Source of the DNA: Tubulanus polymorphus
Taxonomy: Eukaryota; Animalia; Nemertea
Assembly (NCBI RefSeq): GCF_964204645.1
Contig: NC_134032.1
Location: forward strand, 13,876,275-13,940,274
DNA: 64,000 nt
Reading direction: 5' to 3'
The position numbers were made by a program, and so were the translations under genes. Of this stretch, positions 51,298-63,247 are shown one piece after another. The first letter of the stretch is position 1. Each line of letters opens with the position of its first letter. Under the pieces are notes generated by a model that worked only from the letters and a program-made list of their open reading frames with translations, was not told the DNA's origin and searched no databases.

Positions 51298-51748
51298 GTA
51301 ACGCTTTCTCGCCTCCGTTCGAGGGAGCGCTTGATGAAGCGGAAAAAACGTAATTGGACTGTATTCAATAGGAGTAAGACAGCCGTAGGTGGCGGCACTG
51401 GCTGGTCAGAGTGAAAATCACACGGTTTACGGGCCGGACGCAATTGGAAAGTTCAAATGTATTAGTACATTTTGACAAAAAACTAGAAGAAATCTAGACG
51501 CCAAAAATTCAACAAAAGCATCTAACTAATCTAAATTAAATAACCATTAGATTTATTACTCGTCACGATTTAAGGACCTATAATACAACTGGAAACTTAT
51601 AGACATAAAAAATATTGAATAATTTATATAATTCTAACAAGTTCATTCATGCTAATTAAAATATTTAAAGACATAATTGATACATTGCTATATCATTCGA
51701 ATACTGGAATGAAAGGTTTAATATCATTAGGGTCTCAAACAACTTCCG

Positions 51749-54700
51749 TCATAACTTAGACATCTTGTTGAACATCGGTTTTATATACTTGAAAAACGAG
51801 GGATGCACCTGAAAAAGAAATTGACAAAATTGAAATTTTATTTCTTGAATGAATCTAAGCTCAAACCACTTCCAATGACTACGATCCTAGATTCAAATAT
51901 TAACCCATAACTATAGACCTGGGCCCGGTTTCATAGACTGAGTACCATAGTTATCACTAGGGGTAACTCATAAATCTCGGTAACAACCATCATAGTAACA
52001 ATGAGAAACCATGGTCATAACCGACAAATTTCAAAATTTTCCCAGAGATTATTTTGCTTCCACATCTATGAAACCCAGTTCCACAGTTGCAAATCAATAT
52101 ATATCCAATGAGTTAACTCCGAGTCAAATCTTAACTCAGAACTGTGGAACCGGATCCTGGATATCAAGGTTTATCGATATATACCTGTGTTTTATTGAGA
52201 GATGAATTTTGCGCCCACGTCATCAAATGTTTGTAAACTTGTCCGTCGTATCGGCCGAGCACGCTGTCTAGAACACGATCGTGAAAATCGAACGCGTCGA
52301 CTAGCGCCACAGCGTCAGGTCGCAGTACGTCTAGTAGTTTCAATACACCGTCGACGACGGTCTCCACCTGACCCGAATTCATAAATCCATCCTAAAACAA
52401 GAACAACATCAAACTCATCGAATCTGAAAATCATCTCGTCTTCGATATACCTACACAGCCAGGGTTCTTACAGATCAGCGAGTCCAAAATTCCCCGATAT
52501 TCTCATGATTTTCCTTGACTGAAAATTTTTTGGTTAGATTATAAAACGGGCCGTTTCTTTTTTCAAGAGGTTCCTTGTGCCACTCGTCATTAATTAGCAA
52601 GAACAACAAAACACCAAAAATTCCCTGATTGAATTATAAGATATCCTCAGTGAGGGCTGTTTCTTATCAAGAGGTTCCTTGTGCCACTCGTCATTAGCCA
52701 GAACAACTAGACACCAAAAATTCAAATTTACCGTCTTTTCCATGATTTTCAGGAATAGAGTCAGAATTCTCGGATTTCCCTGATCTATAAGAACTCTGTG
52801 TATCTATAGTACCTGTAAGAAGTCTCCCAGACGTTCTTTGATGTTGTAGACACCATAAAGCTGGAAAAGTTTTGTCAAAATCGTTTTGACAGACGGCTCA
52901 AGGTCACCTTGTTGCAGACAGTCGGCAAATGTCTTGACAATGAAATATTGGCAATGTGCCTGAAATAGAACAAACTCAGATATCAACATTGGCCATCTTT
53001 AAGGTAATACAAATTAAAATTTCTGAGAATATTTTCGTTTTCGTAAACCTTAGCGCCTTGAACTAGTTGTACGGAGCACATGTTCCACGCAATTTCTGAT
53101 TGATTTCCTTCAAGTTTCGAATGTTCCAAGCGATCGTACATTTGTATCACCTCTCTACAACAAATACCAACATCATTGTCTTCAACGTTTCATTCATTTG
53201 GGATCAAATATCGAGTAAGAGTCTCTTCGAATATTACAAGTTTCAAACCTGAGTTAGCGGCAACGCTGGACTTTTAAATAATAATCTGGACCCAGTTCCA
53301 CAGTTGTGAGTAAAGATTTAACTCAGATTCAACACATTGAAAATGAATTGATTTTAACTCAAGAGTTAACTCTAACTCACAACTGTGGAACCGAGCCCTA
53401 TTTGTTATAGCCGGTATAAAATTATCAGAATTTTCCTGTTTTGGATGAAATTCTAGATTTGCTATACGGTAACAAATAAATTTTTACATCTGATTGGCTC
53501 TAAACATACCTCTGAGCGTTATGCTTGAAGGCGTCGACCAAACTGTGAATGTTTAAAGTTGAACTAATCGAGCATGATTGGTTGATATTATCGCTAATAT
53601 ATGCTACAGATCCTGTTAACTTCTGTCCGTTCAGTGCCAAACCTCGACACTTCACTAAATATCTGAAACGATGATGACAAATTTTGTAACCGACTGGTAA
53701 CAAGCCGAATACAGATACTAAAGAATTCCAGTTGATAATAGTCAGTGACATTGATGATTTACCTCGGTAATTTAGAATAAATCTTATCACGGAAAGTTAA
53801 GAAAAAAATATTGGCTTACAGCACCTGCTGTCACCAGGATTCTTACAAATCAGGGATTGGGAATCCAAAATTCCCTGATATATCCATGTCTCTTGTGACC
53901 AAGAATTCCCTCATCAAATCAGAAGATATCCTCAGGTGGTTACTTTTCAAGAGGTTCACTGTGCAAAAGCAAGACATCAAAAATTCAAATTCCCCGATTA
54001 AATTATAAGATATCCTCAGTAGGGACTGTTTCTTATCAAAAGGTTCCTAGTGACTCTAAAAATTCAAATTCCCAAGGAATGGCGAGTCAGTATTGTCTGA
54101 ATTTTTCCCTGCAGAGAATAGATCCGAGATTCCCCAGTTTTCTCTGATCTTTAAGAACCCCGAGTCTGTATTGTTAGCCATGCCCTCTACCTGGCAGTCT
54201 GTAAGTACATGACAGTATTTTCCCCCTCGTACGTCACGGCCGGGCAAATATCAGTGTAGATTTTCGGAAAACCGCTCGACCACGAGTAACCGTGACCACC
54301 GCAAGACGTACGACAAGTTTCTAATCCGATTGTTATAACATCTGACGTGAAAGCTTTCAAACCAGCGCTCAAAGCATGTAACTGGAAATAACGAAGAAAT
54401 AGTATACTATCTATTTTTGGAACGACTATCGATTGGACGGAATGGGCCCAGCCAAGGCAGATAATAGCGTTTCAAAATATTACAGGTCAAATCAATTTAA
54501 CTATTATGAAATTATACAATTCTGTTATTGTGACTAAGTCGTTAAAAATACAGTCATTCCCCGATTTTCCGCCCTCCCATTTACCGCCACCCTGCCTGTC
54601 GCTAGGATTTCTCAATGTACATCTCATACAAATACATAGTAAAACACACCCGATATACCGCTATACTCTTCATAATGACAAAATCATTCTGCACTGATGT

Positions 54701-57700
54701 GGGCGGTATATCGGGGGTTGACTGTAGGTTCATTTACAAACTCTGAACTGAACTGAATCATACTGAACTCACTAAACTACAGGGGCCAGTTGCATAGTCG
54801 TGACTTAAGTCAAAAATTGGTCTTAAATCTTAAGACTGGTCTTAAGTTGTTAGATTGGCTATGGAACTAAGTTGGTCTTAGACTGGTCTTAAGTGTAAGT
54901 CATGACTATGCTACCGGCCCCAGAACTTAGACCAAGTTATTTTTGTTACCTCTGGCACTAAATCGATTTCGCCGTTTTCAATTCGTTCTTGAATCGTGAA
55001 ATACATTTCTCGCATCAGTCGTCCGACGACGAAAAACGTGTAACTAGTAGCAACCAACGGTAACAGTTTGTACTGTTGCGTTTTGTAATCTAATATTTGC
55101 GCTTCCGTGCTGGAAAGTCAAAAACAATACGAGGTATGAAAATAAAACGATATCGAAATATGAATTTGTGGCCATTTGGGCAAGGGAGGTCCTATGCCCA
55201 CATTTTACAGAGTTCCTTTCCGAAGAATGTTTGTTATAGCCTAAATAATTGTAAACTTCATTTCAAAACTTTGATGTTTCAAAGAACGTTTTATGGTTGA
55301 AATTGTTTTTCTCCCGAAGTTCTTTCATAACCATAATGTTTCACAAAGTGTACGGATGGTTTTACATTTCAGAAATAGTGCTAAATATAAAATTCATTAC
55401 AGAGGAACGTTGTTATACCTCGTAATTGTGACCCTACCTCTCTAACCCCAGAAATTTCATACGGGATACAATGAACTACCATATCAGTTATAACGCACAG
55501 ATTTTCTGGTTGCCGAGAAGTTTGTCGTAACAAGGTTTATTTTAGAACTATCGGTTATAACGAACAGATTTTCTGGAGACAAGTTTGGGGGACTTGTACG
55601 TGTGACATAAGTCTTAAATGGCTTCTTCAAGTCACCCCTGCTTAATATTAAAATATTTCATTTAACTTCATTTTTATAATGTATAATGATATATTGTAAT
55701 ATCTAGTGGAAATAAAATATATTATTGCACCGTAATATTATCATCATAGTTTAACAACACCAACCCGGGAGTAATTTCCGATTGTTGTCTGACGGCGCTG
55801 TAACGCACGGCGATCGTGCATGCTTCACTGAGCGCGTTCGCGATATCGCTAACGAGCAACGATCGTATGAATACCATTGTTCCGTACGTCGACTTCGAGT
55901 GACCGGAATCATTCTTCACGTAAAACCCGTCTTTCGTTACCTGCACAACGACAACAACAACAAAAAATAGTCAAATATGTGGAGAATTGTAATTAACAAA
56001 TCAACGCACAGTTTTCCATAAGTTATGATAGTGGTTGTGTATCTATCCAGGCAGTGTTATCCGTAAGCGAGAATTTGAAAGGGAGAATTTGAAAGTTCAT
56101 TGTTAAGCGTATAACATCGTAACCGCTGATGTAGCAAGGCTTTTGATACTCCAAAAAATAAAGAAAATTCAAGCTTAATTTTTGCGTAATCTTCTATTTT
56201 TAACGTTAGCTGGATATATTTCGAAGCACTGATCAGTATTGATAGAATATTGATATTCACTCTGGTAGCGGCAGAAGATATTTCATAAAAGGTGGCTGAT
56301 CTTCAGAGCGGTGGATGCGTAAATGAAAGGGGCGACACTGCCAGGGGTAAACTCTTCATCATCTGGTATATGGATTAACTAGGGCCAGCTACACAATGTA
56401 GAAATCGAATCGAATTTTTGTTATATGTTTTGGAACTCGTTTCTGGTCACTTCGAGAGTTTACCTTCGCGTGTTTCATCAGCATGTTCATACGCGGAATT
56501 CTCACTTCGTTTAAACTCATGAAGCCGTTATCATTCGTATTGTAACCAAATTTCGGGCCGATATCTCCTAATGTCACACCTAGAAAACGCAATCGATGTC
56601 ATTCCAAAACTCTGGGTCCAGGGACCTGAAACACCCCCTGGTAAACAAATACAGCAATCAATGAGCTTGAAACTCACCGATCATAGAACATGTCATGAGC
56701 TAGAACTATGCAATTGACTGTGCATACAAAGTATGCATAAACGGTATATGGAATATTATTCCACTGCAGAAAAACAATAAATGTGTTTTTCGAAAATAAA
56801 ACATACCGGGGTAGCCCATTTCAAATTTTGATGAGCTTCCATTTGGATAGTTTACCTGGTACAGGCTGATGGTTATCTGACCTTCGCGTTTGTAACATAA
56901 ACGCATGAATCCCGTAACATTCACCTCTCGTATACAACTGAGCCAAAACAATCGCGTGATTCGACGATTTCCCCACTGCAAATAATTCGTAAAACTCACA
57001 ATATTTAAAATCAAAAAGGAAAGAAAATTGAAAAATTTCCAGAATATTCTGAAGTACCGATAACGAGACGAGTAGTACTATATTCAGGTTAACTATTTAT
57101 TTGACGCACGAGCTTTCGCTTCTAATGAATAGAAGCTTCATCGGGTGAATGAGTGATGAAGCCTCTATTCATTAGAAGCGAAAGCTCGTGCATCAAATAA
57201 GTAGTTAACCTGAATATAGTACTACTCGTCTCGTTACTTATTTTAAACCTGGTTAACACGGCTACTCTACGAATATTCTCGGAATATTCTTGTTTTAGCT
57301 TACGATTTCCGGGCCACCATTTTGTAGCGGTCAACGTCGGGCTATTCAGCACGAATTCCTCGGTGTTCGAATCGTAGGTGGCAGTTGTTTCGAGTCCTCG
57401 CAGGAACGTTCCTTGAAATGAAGAATAAAAACTTGCGACAAAATTTTCGCTTAAACCGTCAGAAATTTGAAAAAAAAAAAAAAACGTTTAACCAAAATCG
57501 TTCTAATCAAAAAAATGAGAAAATCTCACCATGGCCCATCTCGGTTTGAGCGTACGTCCCTAATATTTCGCAATTCATCGCTTTCGGCAGCCATTTTGCT
57601 TGTTGTTCCGGCGTCGTTTGATTCATCAAAGTCGGCAGAAACATCACGAAGTGAAGTCCGAACGGTGAATTCTCTCGATGAGCCACAATCCTGGAAACCG

Positions 57701-59536
57701 TACAAAACGATCGAACTTCAAGAAATCGACGATTTGAAGCTTCGTTTAACAACAAGCCAAGCAAAAATTAATGACATTTTTAGGGGGAAAACAGATTCAT
57801 TCTAGGCCAGTGTTATAGATATATTCCAGACCCTAGAATTTAGAATCCTTAACTGGAAAATTTTCCCTAGAAGGTGCCTGTTCTATAGAAAACTGCAAAG
57901 ATATTTTCATGGCTCCCTAGTTGGCTACGTTTTCCTGGGCGGTATGCTTTTATGATCGGATTACCAGCCGCGGTTTGTAGTAAAAGAAGAGGTTACTGCC
58001 ATTAACAAATAAAACCCACAGTTAGATCTGTAAAACAGTTGATTTTGCTTACAGTTTCGAGGCTTTAACTAAGCCCCATCATCAGAGGAACAAAAACAAA
58101 AACTTTTTGTTCTTCTGATGATGAGGCTTAGTTAAAGCCTCAAAACTGTAAGGAAAATAAACTGTTTTTACAGATCTAACTGTGGGTTTTTATTAGTTAA
58201 CTCTACACTGAGATAGATATCAGTTAATTGCAGTCAGGTTACTGCCGTATTGTTCCCCAGCCCCAAAAAACAGCACCCAATTACCGATCACAGATCTCAG
58301 TAAAATTTTACAGGGTCCCTGCATATCAGTCATTCCAGAATTCAAGGACTTTTCAAGGAGTTTTCAAGGCGAGTAGCGTCTGTATCCCTTTCATATCTCA
58401 ATTACTGTTGACTCCTAAATCAGTACTGTTTTTCTCAGTAAACCATTTAATTCGGTAGAATTATGTGTATATAATAAGTAGACCCAGAGCCAAAAAATTG
58501 CCAATTTCTCAAAATTCAAGGAATTTTCAAGGACTTTTGGGCATTTTGCTCACATTCAAGCATATTCAAGTACCTTGAAAAATATCTTTGGTTTAGAAGT
58601 TTTCAAGGAATCAAGGAGTTGTAGGGACCCTGTTTTAGACTTTTAAAATGAACTAATTTTACTTAACGAATGATTACGGATCGTCAAAATGTACCTTTCA
58701 TAATAATATTTATCTTCGGGTGAAGTTAAATCTAATTGTTTCAGTTTTTGTATTGCGTGGGTTCGTTTTTTCACCGATATATCGTACGCCTCGTCTCTCG
58801 ACATGAAACACACCGGTTTATGTTTGTAAACTTCATCGGTTAAAGCCAAACTTTCTGAAAACATAATCAAAACATAACATATCATTCAATTTGATCGTTC
58901 GTCATAGGTTCAGGCGCGGATACAGGACTTTTTCCAGGAGGGGGTTCATAAAAAACGTTAATGTTAAAACTACCGACTAAAATCACTAATGATAGGGGGC
59001 CTATAGTATACGTTGTATTGTTTGGCCATGAACATATAATGATATGGTACCGATTTTGTGATACTGTCCTCTGGATCCGTGCCTGAGGTTAGTACCCTAA
59101 TCGTTGGGTGGTAAGCATTTATAATCGGATGAGCTTAATATACCAACCTGATCGTGAAACTAAAACCACTGACAGGTTACTGACGGTTACTCACCAGGTT
59201 TTTTATGGCCTTTTTTATGTAAAATCAACATACTGATGAAGAAGCTGTGCTAAATTAGATAGTGCTATTATTTTCATCAAGAGCTTTGGCGATTAATAGC
59301 CATAATAGCACTAAATAAATGCAAAAAAGTAAATCTAAATATTTCTTGCGTAGCTTCTTGAATGCTTTTCTAATAAATTGCCATAGCTCACCAACATGTC
59401 TGCGTCTTTCCGTGTTCTCTTTAGACCCGTCGAGGAAATGAGTTAATTGAATCGAATTAAAAGTCGCCTTCTTTCTTTCTAACAGCAAATTTTTGTTAAT
59501 TTCCGATTCAGGAGCTAGGCCTCTGACATCTGCCAT
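51749..59536 (-). CDS. ACOX1: Peroxisomal acyl-CoA oxidase 1, 669 aa, C-terminal PTS1 (SKL)
   Basis: 14 exons: 59536-59392, 58854-58695, 57690-57530, 57411-57304, 56975-56856, 56579-56464, 55940-55765, 55109-54950, 54381-54191, 53662-53510, 53154-53049, 52959-52813, 52391-52185, 51808-51749. Motifs: [30 protein letters not shown], catalytic [14 protein letters not shown], ...KMSKL*. Confidence 0.96.
52460..52798. mobile_element. CAGGG-ended interspersed element (family E; related sequence at ~53835-54162, ~11560-11730, ~12040-12195, ~34290-34507)
   Basis: Ends cagggttcttacagatcag / ctgatctataagaactctg; shared internal block aagaggttccttgtgccactcgtca. Confidence 0.65.
57061..57236. repeat. 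Near-perfect palindrome (82-bp arms, 3 mismatches, 12-nt loop) with hammerhead-like motifs in both arms
   Basis: Arms 57061-57142 and 57155-57236. The minus copy reads cac-CCGATGA-a-GCTTCTA-ttcat-TAGAAGC-GAAA-GC-TC-gtg. Confidence 0.9.
58002..58200. repeat. ~200-bp palindrome with hammerhead-like motifs in both arms
   Basis: Minus copy (58048-58088): ct-CTGATGA-t-GGGGCTT-agtta-AAGCCTC-GAAA-CTGTA-ag. Plus copy (58110-58155): ttctt-CTGATGA-t-GAGGCTT-agtta-AAGCCTC-AAAA-CTGTA-aggaa. Confidence 0.88.
58311..58632. mobile_element. hAT-like MITE with a 5-bp duplication (TTTTA)
   Basis: tttta|cagggtccct ... agggaccctg|tttta. Confidence 0.7.
58911..59085. mobile_element. hAT-like MITE with a 5-bp duplication (AGGTT)
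   Basis: aggtt|caggcgcggatacag ... ctggatccgtgcctg|aggtt. Confidence 0.75.
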
Positions 59537-59544
59537 TTTGTCCA

Positions 59545-59554
59545 GTCACATGAT
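59545..59554 (-). promoter_or_regulatory. CLEAR/M-box-like E-box immediately upstream of the ACOX1 ATG
   Basis: GTCACATGAT, identical to the two copies in the putative NPC1 promoter. Confidence 0.45.
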
Positions 59555-62049
59555 CATGATGACAACCCTGAGATTCAATCGCTCTAATAAAAAATGTCTA
59601 TGTCTTTTTCAAATTGAATGAGCTTTATTGACGAAAAGCAGATTTCAACTGACAGACATGGCTATAAAACTAGTTTTTTTTACAAACATATTTGATTGAG
59701 CTTTCATGCCGTGATTTAGTTGGAGCCATCCCATTTGCTTGCGAGAGTAAGGATAAGAATTTTTTTCTAGGATAAATTAAGCCAGTTTTTTTTAAGAGAG
59801 CCAAACTAAACATATGCTGCGACCACTTCAAGTCAGAGTTTTGTGCAAAATAAGTTGGGTGCCGGTTAGCACAAATTTTGTTTCACAGATTTAATCCCCG
59901 CTCTATTTTCCCCGTGGACACCAAATTGAAAAAAATTTTAGTTTCTTGGATCGTTAAGAGATGGCGATGAGTATACCGATGGACTAGCTCATTTATAATC
60001 CGTTAGGTGGCGATGTCATCTCACTATTTGGCAATTAGGTTTTTTGACAACTCCTTATTACATCTTTCCTATGAAGCAGACACTGTACCATAGCCTCATT
60101 CTGTCGACAGGCGTAGCAGATCAGAGTATCCTGATTGCTGAATGTGGTTGGGGTCTATATTCCGAGGTGCTGGGGTTACATCTTCTTTCTTCACTTTTCC
60201 AAGATAAAACCAATGAATAAAAAGAAATTCATAGCTATTGGCTTTTATCCTCTTTCATTCATTTTTCACCTTCTGCTGTTTACAAATAAAATCCTGTTTT
60301 GAGAACAAAAATCCAAATGAACAAACAACAAATATCAAACAATCATAAAAGGTCATGTTTTTCCAAATGAATTTACACATATAAATACATCTCTATCTAC
60401 ATTTTTAGAACACACATGTTTATATGTAATCGTGTTCAAAATTATATACAATCTAACTCTTCAATGAAAATGAAAACATACAAAGTTTACATGACTTAAT
60501 TAGACTTTGCCTGTTTAACATATTATAAAAATGAGATCATATGAAATCGCAAGTAGCTATTTATTATCACTGCTAGTTTATATTTAATAGATTGAATACA
60601 TAACGCGAGTAACCATCATCAGTATCAGTGCAAATCACAAATTACTGATAAAATCTTCCAACAAAATCACCCTCACGATTTTTATAAGTTTTATCTTTGT
60701 AACCTAGACAAACCTGGACTGTGAAAAACTGGAATGTTTCACAATCACAAAAACCATCATAATATTTAAACATCAAGCCACTAGAAAAACAGGAATGTTT
60801 CAGAATCATAAAATTTTTCCCTTTACAGTTTTAATATAACTGTATTCATTATACAACAGTTTATCAAGATCTTTCTGTACCACAAGAAAAATCACACAAA
60901 ATTCATCGTATATTTCCACATCAAATACTTCTATTTTATTGCTTGAACAACCTGAGTAATTATATATCAGCACATATATATACATATTCCTATGCGGACT
61001 TTCATAACCTGACCTTGAAACCTTAACTGAGGAAAATTCTTATAACAAGAAAAACGGGAATGTTTCATATTTACAAAAATCATCATAGTACTTCCGCATT
61101 TAGATTTATTTATGCCACACCACTGGAAAAACAGGAATACTTCAAAATCATCAGATTTCTTCCTTCATGGTTTTAACACTGTTTAACACAGTATCAAAAT
61201 CTATTTGTTTCACGAAAATGTTTCCGATAATTTCACGCACAACAGTTTATCAAAATCTGTATCAAAACAACCAGAAAACCGGAATATTTCTTTCAATGAT
61301 TATTCCATTTCTTTATTTTACAGTTTTAATCGTATATCACACTGTATTTATCAGAATTTTTGTGAACTCTTTTCTTACAGCTAAAAAACATTTTTCGACC
61401 AACACAAACTTCACACAAGAAATTCATAATCTACTTTTCAATGAAATATCTATACCATAGATTTCTATAGTCTATTCAAAATTTCTATTACTCTATTAAG
61501 GTTACTTCATTTTTCAGCAGTTTTTCACCGATCGACTCAAGAATTAAAGTCAATCAACTTCAATCAAACATTAAAGATTATTTGATAGATATTCAACCAC
61601 ACTAAAACAACATGATACGCTTTAAATCAATCTCTTGAATAGAATCGTATTCATAATTCGACAATTCAGTTTTTTTTTCAGTTATTCACTTATCAATCAA
61701 TACTTACCTTTTCTATGTCCAGTCCATCATAATAAATATTCTAACTTCTAAAATTTACTGATTTACAATTCAATTATTCACCAAATATCCTAACAATCTC
61801 TAAACTCAAATTATTGACAGATCAACAGTTCAGTAATTCATCTACGTTTGTCTAAATCCTATTTCAGTGACTTATCAAATATCACATATAAACCTGCACT
61901 AAATTATTCTAAACTTGACTCAACTGTTAACTACCCGGTATTCGATTTATGTTTGTATTATTCAAATCCGTTAACTCAACTGCTTCTTCACAATATTCTT
62001 TTCAAATCGTCTAAGATATCTATGCCTTATTTTCTTAGAAATTTTTTTT

Positions 62050-62392
62050 TCTTTTCTTACAATAATATATTTTTTCCTTTCTTACAATATATCTTTTCTT
62101 TTCTTACAATAATATATTTTTTCTCTTCTTACAATAATATATTTTTTCTTTTCTTACAATAATATATTTTTTTTTTCTTACAATAATATATTTTTTCTTT
62201 TCTTACAAAATATATTTATTCCTTTCTTACAATAATATATTTTTTTCCTTTCTTACAATTTATTTTTTCTTTTCTTACAATAATATATCTTTTCTTTTCT
62301 TACAAAATATATTTATTCCTTTCTTACAATATTTCTTTTCTTTTCTTACAATAATAATATATTTTTTCTTTTCTTACAAAATATATTTTTTC
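62050..62392. repeat. AT-rich degenerate ~25-bp minisatellite
   Basis: Unit ttcttacaataatatattttttct(t). Confidence 0.9.
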
Positions 62393-62877
62393 GATAATTC
62401 AAGCTTTAATGTAATGTTTTAGGTTTCTCAAAATATGTTTTATGCTTAACATATCTCTCTTCATGTTTTCTACAATTTATTTTCTAATCATCTAAAATAT
62501 CAATCCAAGTTTATTTTCAAATACAAATATTTTTCAACCACTAAAATCCTGAAGTCGTAGTCGTAGTTGTCGTTGCTGAAGTTGTCGTCATCGTCGATGA
62601 AGTGTTTACGAATTTTAAAACGAGTCTAATTACGCGAAGTAACCAAACGTAGTAACGAATGAACGAACGAACGAGGCGATTCAGCTCCTTTAACTCCTTC
62701 CACTACCCGATTACACAATGTACACTATTTCAACCAAATTTTTCTTTCTGGAAAATATCTCGAAATCGCAAGCGAGATGGAACGCTAGCGAGTAATTTGT
62801 GCACTGGAACGTTTGTGATTCGACCTGTTTCGTTATTACTCGCGATCGTGACGTATTGGACTATATACGACAGCCCT

Positions 62878-63085
62878 ATGACAGATAGCGGGTTACTGGA
62901 TCCATGATGGATAGCGAGTTACTGGATCCACCACAGATAGCGGGTTTCTGGATCCACCACAGATAGCGGGTTTCTGGATCCACGACAGATAGCGGGTTTC
63001 TGGATCCACGACAGATAGCGGGTTACTGGATCCACCACAGATAGCGGGTTACTGGATCCATGACAGATAGCGGGTTACTGGATCC
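62878..63085. repeat. 26-bp minisatellite, about 8 copies
   Basis: Unit acagatagcgggttactggatcca(tg/cc). Confidence 0.9.
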
Positions 63086-63247
63086 TTGGTGTCTCAACTC
63101 AGTTCGTCTTGTTTGTTTGTTACTGATGAACATGACGTATTGTATCATATAAGCCTTTTCGCTGTGGGTATCATTCAACTTTCATACTCGATATCGCATT
63201 GTATGAGACGGTCCCGTAAGACTGGATAGCAGGTGACTCTCACGCAT

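Noticed and set aside
60200-62500. AT-rich ORFs 61167..61460 and 61848..62162
   Set aside because: Low-complexity sequence, probably UTR or intergenic.
62620-62880. Stop-codon read-through or selenoprotein frame (…KFG*NSVHCVIG*WKELKEL…) on the minus strand
   Set aside because: Two different stop codons, no homology recognised and no SECIS identified.
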